A DNA stretch of 64,000 nucleotides, from positions 120,073 through 184,072 of the forward strand of contig JBMFJZ010000001.1 of the NCBI GenBank assembly GCA_049973045.1, written 5' to 3'. Each line of letters begins with the position of its first letter. Position 1 is the first letter of the stretch. Under the pieces are notes generated by a model. The model was not told the origin of the DNA. It searched no databases and worked only from the letters and a program-made list of their open reading frames with translations. The translations under genes were made by a program, and so were the position numbers. Positions 9,079-18,638 of this stretch are shown here, in pieces. The stretch comes from Bacteroidota bacterium (lineage in GTDB: Bacteria > Bacteroidota > Ignavibacteria > 0-14-0-80-59-12).

Positions 9079-9969
9079 ATGGGGTACAAGTCAGTTGTCT
9101 GCGTAAAACAGGTGCCGGATACCTCTAATATTTCCGGTGAGGTAATGAAACCTGACGGAACAGTCAACCGTGCAAAATTGCCAGCGATCTTTAATCCTGA
9201 TGATATGGTGGCTTTAGAACTCGCTCTGCAGGTGAGGGATGAGTACGGAGGGAGGGTTTACGTGATCACAATGGGACCTCCACCAGCAGCCGAGGTACTC
9301 AGACAGGCGCTCTACATGGGAGCAGATGAGGTTGTCTTGATCAGCGACCGCCGTTTTGCGGGAGCAGATACTTTAGCGACTTCCTATGCTCTGAGTATGG
9401 CGATTCGGAAGATAGGCAACATTGACCTTGTCTTTTGTGGTCGACAAGCAATTGATGGGGATACGGCGCAGGTGGGTCCACAGCTTGCTGAAAAGTTAGG
9501 GATTCCACAGGTAACGTACGTAGAGAAGATAGAAAAGATCGAGGGTGGTTGGCTTCATGCAAAACGGAGAATCGACGGTGGCTATGAGCGTGTCCGCGCA
9601 ACATTGCCGGTGCTTCTCACAGTGTTTGGTGACGCAGCCATTCCGCGCCCGTTCAATGCAAAACTTATGATGGAAAAGAAACGCGCCCGCTCTCGATTCG
9701 AACTTGAACGTATGAGTGGAAACAACCCTCTCTCATTTTTCTATAATGACCCCGGAGCACTTGAGAAGAAAGGTTTACTCATTTTCACTTGGGGTGTAGA
9801 AGACATAAATGCAGAAGAGGAGAGGTGTGGTCTCAAGGGTTCACCAACTCAGGTGTACAAAGTTGAAAATGTTGTGCTCACCAGCCCAGAGCGAAAGAGG
9901 TACGAGCCAACGAAGGCAGACTTAGAGAAGCTGATCGATGAACTAATGACTGATCACATATTTGGTTAA
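9079..9969 (+). CDS. etfB: Electron transfer flavoprotein beta subunit
   Basis: VCVKQVPDT, NPDD, FAGADTLATS, DGDTAQVGP. Confidence 0.95.
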   Translation: MGYKSVVCVKQVPDTSNISGEVMKPDGTVNRAKLPAIFNPDDMVALELALQVRDEYGGRVYVITMGPPPAAEVLRQALYMGADEVVLISDRRFAGADTLATSYALSMAIRKIGNIDLVFCGRQAIDGDTAQVGPQLAEKLGIPQVTYVEKIEKIEGGWLHAKRRIDGGYERVRATLPVLLTVFGDAAIPRPFNAKLMMEKKRARSRFELERMSGNNPLSFFYNDPGALEKKGLLIFTWGVEDINAEEERCGLKGSPTQVYKVENVVLTSPERKRYEPTKADLEKLIDELMTDHIFG

Positions 9970-9974
9970 AGGCA

Positions 9975-10991
9975 ATGGAAAAAATCTCCGGTATTTGGGT
10001 TTTTGCTGAACAGGAAGAGGGGTCACTCCATGATGTCGGGCTGGAGTTGCTTTCTAAAGGACGTAAGTTAGCGACGACACTTCAAGCACCGTTGGCAGCG
10101 GTCCTTATCGGACATAAAGTTCGGCATCTTGTTCGGACCCTTTACTCCTATGGTGCAGACTATGTATTCCTTGCTGATCATGAGGAGTTGGAGCATTATC
10201 TCACCTTGCCCTATGCGAAGATTCTCACTCGACTTGTGCAATTTCATGAACCTCGTGTGGTACTTTTCGGAGCGACATCGATTGGAAGAGACCTTGCACC
10301 ACGCGTGGCATCAAACACGCGCTCAGGATTAACGGCTGATTGCACGGACCTGCAAATTGCAGATGTGACCCAGCGGGGGAAACTGTATAAGAACTTGCTT
10401 TTGCAAATCAGGCCAGCATTTGGGGGTAACATCATTGCAACGATTATCTCCCCGGAGTCAAGAACCCAAATGGCGACCGTGCGTGAGGGGGTGATGCGCG
10501 TCGAAAAGCCAGATTCTGGTCACCAAGGGAAAACTATTGAAGTGGATGTAAATCTAAGTGAAGAGGAATTCGCTGTCCAGCTCGTGGAGCGGTTTAAGGA
10601 GAAGCCAAAGGTAAACCTCAAGGCTGCCAATATCATTGTGGCTGGCGGTTTCGGTGTTGGCAAAAAGGAAAACTTTCGGCTTATCGAGGAGCTGGCAAAT
10701 GTATTGGGCGGGGCAGTTGGGGCTTCCCGGGCTGCTGTCGATGCAGGGTTTATCAGCCGCGACCACCAGATTGGCCAAACAGGGACCACTGTTCGTCCTA
10801 AGCTTTATATCGCATGTGGAATCTCTGGAGCTATCCAGCACCGCGCAGGGATGAGCGAGTCGAAGAAGATCATCGCGATCAACAAAGATCCGCACGCTCC
10901 GATCTTCGACATTGCTCATTACGGCATCGTGGGGGACCTCGTTGAGGTGATCCCGAAGTTCATTGAGGTCTACAGAGAGAAATCGAGATAG
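9975..10991 (+). CDS. etfA: Electron transfer flavoprotein alpha subunit
   Basis: GLTADCT, RPAFGGN, QIGQTG, GISGAIQH, INKD. Confidence 0.96.
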   Translation: MEKISGIWVFAEQEEGSLHDVGLELLSKGRKLATTLQAPLAAVLIGHKVRHLVRTLYSYGADYVFLADHEELEHYLTLPYAKILTRLVQFHEPRVVLFGATSIGRDLAPRVASNTRSGLTADCTDLQIADVTQRGKLYKNLLLQIRPAFGGNIIATIISPESRTQMATVREGVMRVEKPDSGHQGKTIEVDVNLSEEEFAVQLVERFKEKPKVNLKAANIIVAGGFGVGKKENFRLIEELANVLGGAVGASRAAVDAGFISRDHQIGQTGTTVRPKLYIACGISGAIQHRAGMSESKKIIAINKDPHAPIFDIAHYGIVGDLVEVIPKFIEVYREKSR

Positions 10992-11029
10992 AATCCTGCT
11001 CGAAGTATTCGCACGGTAAAGGAGCGAGT

Positions 11030-12757
11030 ATGTCAAACTTTTTCAAGGACAACGAGGATCTTCTTTTTCAATTTGAGAATCTGCACCTTGAAGATGTGAT
11101 TCGGTCGCGAGAGAATGATTTTGCAGAAGCGAAATCAGCCGAAGGGCGAACTTATGCGCCTCTCGACGTTGAGGATGCAATGGATAATTATCGGCGTGTT
11201 CTAGAACTGGTAGGGGATATCGCAGGGGAATTCGTTGCGCCGCGAGCTCCTGAAGTCGACCGCGAAGGAGCACATTTCGAGAACGGGAGGGTCACGTATG
11301 CGAAAGGGACCGCAGAAGCCCTCGAGCGGCTTTCGCAAGCTGGACTCATGGGGATGACACTCCCAAGAGCATACGGCGGACTCAATTTCCCAACGACAAT
11401 CTACATGATGGCGATCGAGATAATCTCTCGTGCCGATGCTGCTCTAATGAATATCTTTGGGCTGCAAGATATCGCGGAGACTATCCACCGGTTTGCTGAT
11501 GCAGAAATCCAACGCGAATATTTACCGAAGTTCTGCAAGGGAGAGGTCACTGGTGCAATGGCACTGACCGAACCCGATGCGGGCTCCGACTTGCAAGCTG
11601 TCAAGACCCGTGCATATCAAGATGAAGCTGGGAATTGGTACCTGAGCGGTGTGAAGCGATTTATCACCAATGGTTCCGGAGATGTGTTACTTGTGCTTGC
11701 GCGCTCGGAAGAAGGGACTGAAGATGCGCGGGGATTAAGCCTTTTTGTGTGTAACCGTGATGGTGTTCAAGTGCGGCGTATTGAGAACAAGCTCGGCATT
11801 CATGGTTCGCCAACTTGCGAGATTCAATTTAACGATACGCCGTGCAAACTTATCGGGGAGAGAAAGCGTGGCCTTATTACCTATGTCATGTCGTTAATGA
11901 ACGGTGCGCGCTTAGGTGTTGCAGCCCAGGCTCTTGGGATCGCCCAGGCTGCCTATGTCGAGGCGTTCAAGTACGCACACGAGCGTGAGCAATTTGGTAA
12001 GGCAATTTGTCATTTCCCTGCCGTCGCTGAAATGCTGATTAATATGAAGGTGAATATCGAAGCTTCACGTTCCCTGCTGTATGCGACAGCGAAGGCAGTC
12101 GATAGAAGAGATGAACTGGAACGTCAATTAAATCGGGCGAAAGAGCTTGGCCAGCCGTTCAAGGAATTAAATGATAAGCTCAAGCAAGCGACACGTGTCA
12201 CCGCATTCCTCACTCCCTATACGAAGTACATGATCACAGAACTTGCAAATCAGATTTGCTACGATGCGATCCAGGTGCACGGCGGAACTGGATTCATGCA
12301 GGAGTTTAATGTCGAGCGGCATTATCGGGATGTTCGCATCACCACAATTTACGAAGGAACCTCACAGCTTCAGATCGTTGCAGCAACAGGCGGAGCTACA
12401 ACCGGTGTTCTGGATTCTCTTCTTGATGAATACGAACAAGAGGCTTACACCGGCGAGCTCCAGCTGCTCCATCAACAGTTGATTGAAATCAGGCAGCGAT
12501 ACAAAGAGTGTCGGGACTATTTAGCGAGAAAGAACGACCCTGCCTACCAAGAACTACGGTCGCGCAATCTAGTTGAACTGTATGGCTCGCTGTATGTTGG
12601 CTATCTCATCCTTAATGAAGCGAAAGTCTCAGAGAAGAAATTGCTCGTCGCGAAGAAATACATCTCCGAGATCTATGCGAAAGCCCTCATGCACGCGGAA
12701 CATATACTCCACGGGTACGATACAATGCTAATGTACAGATTTGTGACCGCAGTTTAG
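11030..12757 (+). CDS. Acyl-CoA dehydrogenase with C-terminal extension
   Basis: ALTEPDAGSD, KRFITNG, KLGIHGSPT, HGGTGF, IYEGTSQ. Confidence 0.95.
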   Translation: MSNFFKDNEDLLFQFENLHLEDVIRSRENDFAEAKSAEGRTYAPLDVEDAMDNYRRVLELVGDIAGEFVAPRAPEVDREGAHFENGRVTYAKGTAEALERLSQAGLMGMTLPRAYGGLNFPTTIYMMAIEIISRADAALMNIFGLQDIAETIHRFADAEIQREYLPKFCKGEVTGAMALTEPDAGSDLQAVKTRAYQDEAGNWYLSGVKRFITNGSGDVLLVLARSEEGTEDARGLSLFVCNRDGVQVRRIENKLGIHGSPTCEIQFNDTPCKLIGERKRGLITYVMSLMNGARLGVAAQALGIAQAAYVEAFKYAHEREQFGKAICHFPAVAEMLINMKVNIEASRSLLYATAKAVDRRDELERQLNRAKELGQPFKELNDKLKQATRVTAFLTPYTKYMITELANQICYDAIQVHGGTGFMQEFNVERHYRDVRITTIYEGTSQLQIVAATGGATTGVLDSLLDEYEQEAYTGELQLLHQQLIEIRQRYKECRDYLARKNDPAYQELRSRNLVELYGSLYVGYLILNEAKVSEKKLLVAKKYISEIYAKALMHAEHILHGYDTMLMYRFVTAV

Positions 12758-12990
12758 TTTCAGCGCCTGAGCGCGATGAAAGAAATCCATAGATCACAAT
12801 GATCGATGCTTTCTCTTCTCTGTTTGTTGAGTAACCCATTATCTTCTATTGATGCTGCCTACCGCTGAGGGTGTTTCGAACGATCCTTAGGTGGCAAAAG
12901 CAGGTCAAACTGATCATGCCTCCTACGGTCCTGGGTGGAAGATTCTCCGCGCGGGTGTTCATTGAGGAACTTGCAAAGGCAGCTATCAAC

Positions 12991-13019
12991 TTGATTTTGT
13001 TCGCGCTGCTTGATATATT
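12991..13019 (+). promoter_or_regulatory. Putative sigma70 promoter of tRNA-Phe
   Basis: TTGATT-17 nt-TATATT. Confidence 0.6.
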
Positions 13020-13061
13020 TCAAATTGCCTCTGGATTTCTTCAGAAGCATAAGGAACAAGC

Positions 13062-13134
13062 GGACAGGTAGCTCAGTTGGTAGAGCAATGGACTGAAAAT
13101 CCATGTGTCGGCGGTTCGATTCCGCCCCTGTCCA
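13062..13134 (+). tRNA. tRNA-Phe(GAA), CCA not encoded
   Basis: Acceptor GGACAGG/CCTGTCC, anticodon arm ATGGA-CT-GAA-AA-TCCAT, T-loop TTCGATT. Confidence 0.97.
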
Positions 13135-13363
13135 CATCGTTGAGTTTAGCCCGCATACTTCTCCGCATCAGAGCTTTGTCTCTCAGGGGAACCAGTCCCC
13201 ACGAAAGAGAGAGCCTATAAACATGCTCCCCATCCTTTCATCATTAGCCTTGTTTGATGAATAACCACTTGCTGGGCACATCAGTTCACCCCGAAGGTTT
13301 TCGTTTGCGTAGTTCTCAAAAGCAAAAGTAGAGATTGACTAATGATTGAATGCAGAGAGTAAA

Positions 13364-14542
13364 ATGACAAGATCTCTTACTTCCTCTGAAAAACCGCTGC
13401 AAGCTCAGCAGAGTACCGATACCGTTATCCTTGAGCATCAACACTTTCAGCAGCTTCTGGACGTTTTGAGGGGAAAAGGGTATCAGCCTATTGGACCCAC
13501 GATTCGGGATAGTGCTATTGTGTATGATGAGCTAACTTCTGTTGCTGATTTACCGATTGGCTGGACGGATGAGCAGGAAGCAAGCACATATCGTCTGAAA
13601 AAGCGACAAGATAAAGCATTTTTCGGTTATAACGTTGGTCCCCAGTCCTGGAAGCAATTTCTCTTCCCACCAAGAATCCGACTGTTTGCTGCCAAGAAGA
13701 ATGGGAAAGGTTGGGAGATAGAGACCGATCCTTCAAACACTCCAGCAATGCGTTACGCTTTCGTTGGTGTCCGGTCTTGTGAACTTAAGGCTATTGAAAT
13801 CCAGGACAAGGTTTTCAACAACGGGGAATATCTTGATCCGATCTACAAAGTTCGGCGAGAGGGCATCTTCATTGTTGCTGTCAATTGCACTCAGGCAGGG
13901 GGCACGTGTTTTTGTGCCTCTATGGGGACGGGCCCAAAGGTTCGCGGAGCGTTTGACTTAGCGTTGACGGAAGTAATTGATGAAGCGGTTTCTTACTTTG
14001 TTGTTGAGATTGGGAGTGAGCGTGGAGCCGAGGTCATCAGTGAAGTTCCACATCGAAGCGCTGAGAAGCATCATACCGATGCCGCCGATCGAATCGTGGA
14101 GAACACGGCTCAACGTATGGGCAGGACCCTGGACATAAATGATCTCAGGGAGCTTTTGTTATCTCACATCGAGAGTCCTCACTGGGACGATGTGGCACGC
14201 CGCTGTTTAACGTGTACAAACTGTACGTTGGTTTGCCCAACCTGTTTTTGCTCAACCATTGAGGATGTTACGGATTTAAATGGAGAACGTGCTGAGCGCT
14301 GGAGACGATGGGATTCCTGCTTCACAGTGGACTACGCGAGAGTTGCAGGAGGAAATTTTCGACTTTCCCCTCGAGCTCGGTATCGTCACTGGCTAACCCA
14401 TAAACTTGCATCGTGGATTGAGCAGTTTGGCACATGGGGGTGCGTGGGCTGCGGGCGCTGTATAACGTGGTGCCCGGTCGGCATTGATATCACGACTGAA
14501 GTTGACGCAATCCGTAATAGTCAAGCGAAAAACCAAGGATAA
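13364..14542 (+). CDS. hydB: Group 3b [NiFe]-hydrogenase (sulfhydrogenase) beta subunit, 4Fe-4S
   Basis: [16 protein letters not shown] and [16 protein letters not shown]; start uncertain (13346 or 13364). Confidence 0.88.
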   Translation: MTRSLTSSEKPLQAQQSTDTVILEHQHFQQLLDVLRGKGYQPIGPTIRDSAIVYDELTSVADLPIGWTDEQEASTYRLKKRQDKAFFGYNVGPQSWKQFLFPPRIRLFAAKKNGKGWEIETDPSNTPAMRYAFVGVRSCELKAIEIQDKVFNNGEYLDPIYKVRREGIFIVAVNCTQAGGTCFCASMGTGPKVRGAFDLALTEVIDEAVSYFVVEIGSERGAEVISEVPHRSAEKHHTDAADRIVENTAQRMGRTLDINDLRELLLSHIESPHWDDVARRCLTCTNCTLVCPTCFCSTIEDVTDLNGERAERWRRWDSCFTVDYARVAGGNFRLSPRARYRHWLTHKLASWIEQFGTWGCVGCGRCITWCPVGIDITTEVDAIRNSQAKNQG

Positions 14543-14555
14543 GAGGAGAGTAAGT

Positions 14556-15038
14556 ATGCAACCTGAAAACCTTGCTGAAGTTTTAAGAAATCATCCGTTC
14601 CTCAGCAGTCTTGCTGAACGACATCTGCAAACGCTTCTTTCCTGTGCCTCGAACGTTGTGTTCCATGAGGGAGAATACCTTTTTCATGAGGGAGAAGAAG
14701 CAACCAAGTTTTACCTGATTCGAACCGGCAAGGTTGCACTGGAGATCCATGCCAGGGAGCGAGGCCCAATTCGAATACAAACAGTTGGACCGAACGAAGT
14801 CCTGGGTTGGTCATGGCTGATCTCGCCGTACCGCTGGCACTTTGATGCTTTTGCTGTTGAAGATGTCCGTGCGTTTGCCCTTGACGGGACGTGCCTTCGC
14901 ACAAAGTGCGAGGTTGATCACGATTTTGGTTATGAGATGCTAAGTCGCTTTGCACAGGTTCTTGAGCAGCGTTTGGTAGCCACCCGCTTACAGCTGTTGG
15001 ATGTCTATGGCTCATCATATGCGGGGGTTCGCACATGA
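14556..15038 (+). CDS. Stand-alone cyclic-nucleotide-binding domain protein (no HTH)
   Basis: LFHEGEEATKFYLIRTGKV, GPNEVLGWS, Crp-like C-helix; GAGGAG RBS before ATG 14556. Confidence 0.88.
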   Translation: MQPENLAEVLRNHPFLSSLAERHLQTLLSCASNVVFHEGEYLFHEGEEATKFYLIRTGKVALEIHARERGPIRIQTVGPNEVLGWSWLISPYRWHFDAFAVEDVRAFALDGTCLRTKCEVDHDFGYEMLSRFAQVLEQRLVATRLQLLDVYGSSYAGVRT

Positions 15039-15898
15039 ATGAGGAACTTGCCCTTTCTTCGAGACGATTAGTTGATCCCCTGTTACCGCATCCTGTGCCA
15101 ATTCGGCGGGTGGTATGGGAAACGGACGATACCTTTACCCTGTTTCTTGAGCCAGGTAGAGCAAGCGGCGCAGACTTTTCTTTCGCCCCTGGGCAGTTTA
15201 ATATGCTATACGTCTTCGGCGTTGGCGAGTCAGCGATTTCTATCAGTTCAGATCCTTATAAGCCAGACATCATTGCCCATACAATCCATCGTGTTGGTGC
15301 TGTAACGAGTGCTCTTTCACGACTGAAACGAGGGAATTTTGTTGGGCTGCGCGGACCTTTTGGAACTAGCTGGCCTGTTGACAAGGCAAAGGGGAGAGAT
15401 ATCTGCATCATCGCAGGAGGAATTGGGTTAGCTCCGCTACGTCCGGTTCTCTACGCTCTTTTTCACAGGAGGAAGGAGTATGGAAGAATTATGTTGCTCT
15501 ACGGTGCTCGGAGTCCACTGGATTTACTATATCGGGTCGAGCTTGAACAGTGGGGCAAACACTATGATGTCGATGTAATTGTGACAGTCGACCGTGCTGA
15601 TTCATCATGGAAAGGACATATTGGGGTTGTCACAGGTTTGTTCAATTATGTTAAACTCGACGCTCCGGCTACTACAGCAATGGTGTGCGGTCCGGAGATC
15701 ATGATGTATTACGCTGTGGAAGAACTTCTTCACCGGGGTGTGTCAGAGGAGCATATTTATCTCTCGATGGAACGTAATATGAAATGCGCTGTAGGTTTTT
15801 GTGGCCATTGTCAATTTGGTCCGAAGTTTATTTGCAAAGATGGTCCGGTGTTTGCTTTGCCGCAAGTACGTTTCTTTCTTGATAAAAAGGAAATCTAA
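15035..15898 (+). CDS. hydG: Group 3b hydrogenase gamma subunit (FAD/NAD(P)-binding, 2Fe-2S)
   Basis: [32 protein letters not shown]...C..GPVF. Confidence 0.9.
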   Translation: MNEELALSSRRLVDPLLPHPVPIRRVVWETDDTFTLFLEPGRASGADFSFAPGQFNMLYVFGVGESAISISSDPYKPDIIAHTIHRVGAVTSALSRLKRGNFVGLRGPFGTSWPVDKAKGRDICIIAGGIGLAPLRPVLYALFHRRKEYGRIMLLYGARSPLDLLYRVELEQWGKHYDVDVIVTVDRADSSWKGHIGVVTGLFNYVKLDAPATTAMVCGPEIMMYYAVEELLHRGVSEEHIYLSMERNMKCAVGFCGHCQFGPKFICKDGPVFALPQVRFFLDKKEI

Positions 15899-16674
15899 TG
15901 ACTGCACGGAAACCCAAGATCGCTGTTTTTAAATTTGCCTCTTGCGATGGCTGTCAGCTTTCGCTCCTTGATGCTGAAGATGAATTGCTGAGCGTTGCCG
16001 AACTGATCGATATAGCCTATTTCCCCGAAGCAAGTCGCCGCATGAAGAATGGTCCGTATGATATCGGGCTTGTCGAAGGGAGCGTTACAACCCCTCATGA
16101 TGTTGAGAGGGTGCGTGAAATAAGAAAAGTCTGCCGCACACTGATCACTATTGGTGCATGTGCAACCGCTGGAGGTATTCAGGCTCTTCGCAACTGGAAG
16201 GACGTTAAAGAATTTATCCGTTTTGTCTATGCTTCGCCTGAATATATTTCCACACTCGATCGGTCAATGCCTATAGGCTCCTATGTTCACGTTGATTTCG
16301 AGCTCCGTGGATGCCCAATCAACAAATACCAGCTTATCGAAGCGATCAACGCATTCCTTTGGAACCGTAAACCCAATATTCCAACCTATAGCGTTTGCGT
16401 TGACTGCAAACTGCGTGGCAATGTATGTGTTATGGTGGCACACGGCACGCCCTGCTTGGGTTCTGTGACACAAGCCGGTTGTGGAGCTATTTGTCCATCT
16501 TACCAGCGCGGGTGTTACGGGTGCTTCGGTCCGATGGAAAGTCCAAATTCACCTTCTTTAAGCCGGCAATTTGCAGAGATTGGTCAGAGCAAACGCGACA
16601 TCATGCTGGCGTTCCGTGGTTTCAATGCGTACGCAGAAGCCTTTCGTAAAGAGAGCGAAGCACATGAAGGATAG
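15898..16674 (+). CDS. hydD: Group 3b hydrogenase small (delta) subunit
   Basis: SCDGCQ, EGS, GACA, GCP, distal Cys cluster. Confidence 0.92.
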   Translation: MTARKPKIAVFKFASCDGCQLSLLDAEDELLSVAELIDIAYFPEASRRMKNGPYDIGLVEGSVTTPHDVERVREIRKVCRTLITIGACATAGGIQALRNWKDVKEFIRFVYASPEYISTLDRSMPIGSYVHVDFELRGCPINKYQLIEAINAFLWNRKPNIPTYSVCVDCKLRGNVCVMVAHGTPCLGSVTQAGCGAICPSYQRGCYGCFGPMESPNSPSLSRQFAEIGQSKRDIMLAFRGFNAYAEAFRKESEAHEG

Positions 16675-16752
16675 CTTGCTCCAGCGTTTTAGAAATGAGG
16701 CGAGCTGTCTGTTGCAAGTGCGGTTTAGATAACACAATATGAAAGCGAATTT

Positions 16753-18057
16753 GTGAGTAGTATGAAGATGAATTCGACGACAATCAAAGTAGATTACCTT
16801 GCCCGTGTTGAAGGAGAAGGTTCAGTTTTCATCAGATTGAAGAATGGTGTCGTTGCGGATGTAAAGCTGAAAATTTTTGAACCTCCCAGATTCTTTGAGG
16901 CATTTCTACGCGGTAGAAAATACTCCGAGGTACCCGACATCACTGCACGTATCTGCGGCATTTGCCCGATCGCTTATCAGATGAGTTCAGTCCATGCGAT
17001 AGAAAGTGCCTTTGGTGCTACGGTCGATGGCTCAGTCCGTTTGCTGCGCCGTTTGATTTATTGCGGGGAATGGATCGAAAGTCATATGCTCCATGTGTAC
17101 ATGCTTCATGCACCCGACTTTCTTGGATACGATGACGTGCTCCAGTTGGCTAAGGATTATCCAGATATCGTCCAGCGTGGTTTGAAGCTTAAGAAAGTTG
17201 GGAACGATCTTGTGGCGCTTCTCGGGGGAAGAGAAATCCACCCGGTCAATGTACGTGTTGGTGGATTTTACCGAGTTCCAAGTAAGAAGGAGCTTCAGCC
17301 AATAGCGGAACGATTGAAGTGGGCTCGGGATGCGGCTATTGAGACGGTTCGCTGGGTCGCCACGTTTACATTTCCAGAGCTGGATCGAGACTATGAGTTT
17401 GTGGCTTTGCGTCATCCTGATGAGTACCCGCTCAATGAAGGGCATCTTGTATCAAACAAGGGACTTGATATTCACGTCAGAGAATATGAATTTTCCTTTG
17501 AGGAAGAACACGTCCCATATTCTAATGCACTGCATTCTATTCTGAAGGGGAGGGGGGCGTATTTTGTTGGACCTTTAGCTCGATTTAATTTAAATTTTGA
17601 CAAGCTTTCACCACTTGTACAGGAAATAGCAAATGAAGCCAATGCGCTGCCGGAGATCCGTAATCCATTTAAAAGCATCATCGTCCGTTCTTTAGAAACT
17701 CTCTACGCATGTGATGAAGCTCTGAGAATTATTGAACAGTATGAGCCTCCCGAGAAGCCTTTCGTTGATGTTACCCCACGGAGAAGTTTCGGGTTTGGTT
17801 GCACGGAAGCACCTCGAGGGATTCTTTACCACCGGTATCGATTTGATCCCGAGGGCGGTATTGAAGATGCAAAAATTGTTCCCCCAACATCACAGAACCA
17901 ACGCACAATTGAGAGTGATCTACGGGATCTGGTTTCAACCTACAGCTCTTTGCCAAAATCTGAGCTTACCTGGAAGTGTGAACAGGCGGTCAGGAATTAC
18001 GATCCATGCATTTCTTGCGCCACGCATTTCTTGAACCTCGAAATCGAACGAGACTGA
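16753..18057 (+). CDS. hydA: Group 3b [NiFe]-hydrogenase large (alpha) subunit
   Basis: RVEGEG, L1 RICGIC, EAPRG, L2 DPCISCATH plus cleavable tail. Confidence 0.95.
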   Translation: MSSMKMNSTTIKVDYLARVEGEGSVFIRLKNGVVADVKLKIFEPPRFFEAFLRGRKYSEVPDITARICGICPIAYQMSSVHAIESAFGATVDGSVRLLRRLIYCGEWIESHMLHVYMLHAPDFLGYDDVLQLAKDYPDIVQRGLKLKKVGNDLVALLGGREIHPVNVRVGGFYRVPSKKELQPIAERLKWARDAAIETVRWVATFTFPELDRDYEFVALRHPDEYPLNEGHLVSNKGLDIHVREYEFSFEEEHVPYSNALHSILKGRGAYFVGPLARFNLNFDKLSPLVQEIANEANALPEIRNPFKSIIVRSLETLYACDEALRIIEQYEPPEKPFVDVTPRRSFGFGCTEAPRGILYHRYRFDPEGGIEDAKIVPPTSQNQRTIESDLRDLVSTYSSLPKSELTWKCEQAVRNYDPCISCATHFLNLEIERD

Positions 18058-18065
18058 ACCCCGTA

Positions 18066-18587
18066 ATGGAAATCTCAAAAGAACGCATGGAAAACAACCT
18101 TAGGATCCTCGTCGTTGGCATCGGAAATGAATACCGCGGTGACGATGGCGTTGGACTTTACATAGCTCGAAAACTTAAGGAGAAGAATCTTCCGAACGTC
18201 GAAGTTGTTGAAAGAAGTGGAGAAGCTACTGAATTGATCGATTGCTGGAAAGAATATGATAAGGTCATTCTTGTCGATGCCCTCTGTTGCTCTAATACGT
18301 CGCCGGGAACAATTTACCGGTGGGATGCTCAGACGCAACTGCTTCCCAAACATTTCTCTCCATACTCAACGCATGCATTCGGTGTTGTTGAAGCCATTGA
18401 ACTGGCGAAAGCAATGAACCAGCTCCCTTCTCTGGTGATTTACGGCGTTGTAGGGAAGAATTTTGGAACAGGCATTGAACCCGCCCTCGACAGGCGGGTT
18501 GAGGAAGCTTCACAAGAAGTGGTGGAGCGTATTTTTCTGGAAGTGGAGCGACTGCTGTTGGGCACCTCAAGCTTGAAGAAAGATTAG
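18066..18587 (+). CDS. Hydrogenase maturation protease
   Basis: GIGNEYRGDDGVG, VDA, STH. Confidence 0.93.
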   Translation: MEISKERMENNLRILVVGIGNEYRGDDGVGLYIARKLKEKNLPNVEVVERSGEATELIDCWKEYDKVILVDALCCSNTSPGTIYRWDAQTQLLPKHFSPYSTHAFGVVEAIELAKAMNQLPSLVIYGVVGKNFGTGIEPALDRRVEEASQEVVERIFLEVERLLLGTSSLKKD

Positions 18588-18638
18588 CAAACACCGATAT
18601 TGTATTCATAGAGGAGATATGGGCTTTCACATTGCGGC

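Noticed and set aside
12859-13137. ORFs overlapping tRNA-Phe (also 52363..52593 over tRNA-Val)
   Set aside because: Translations of tRNA and promoter sequence.
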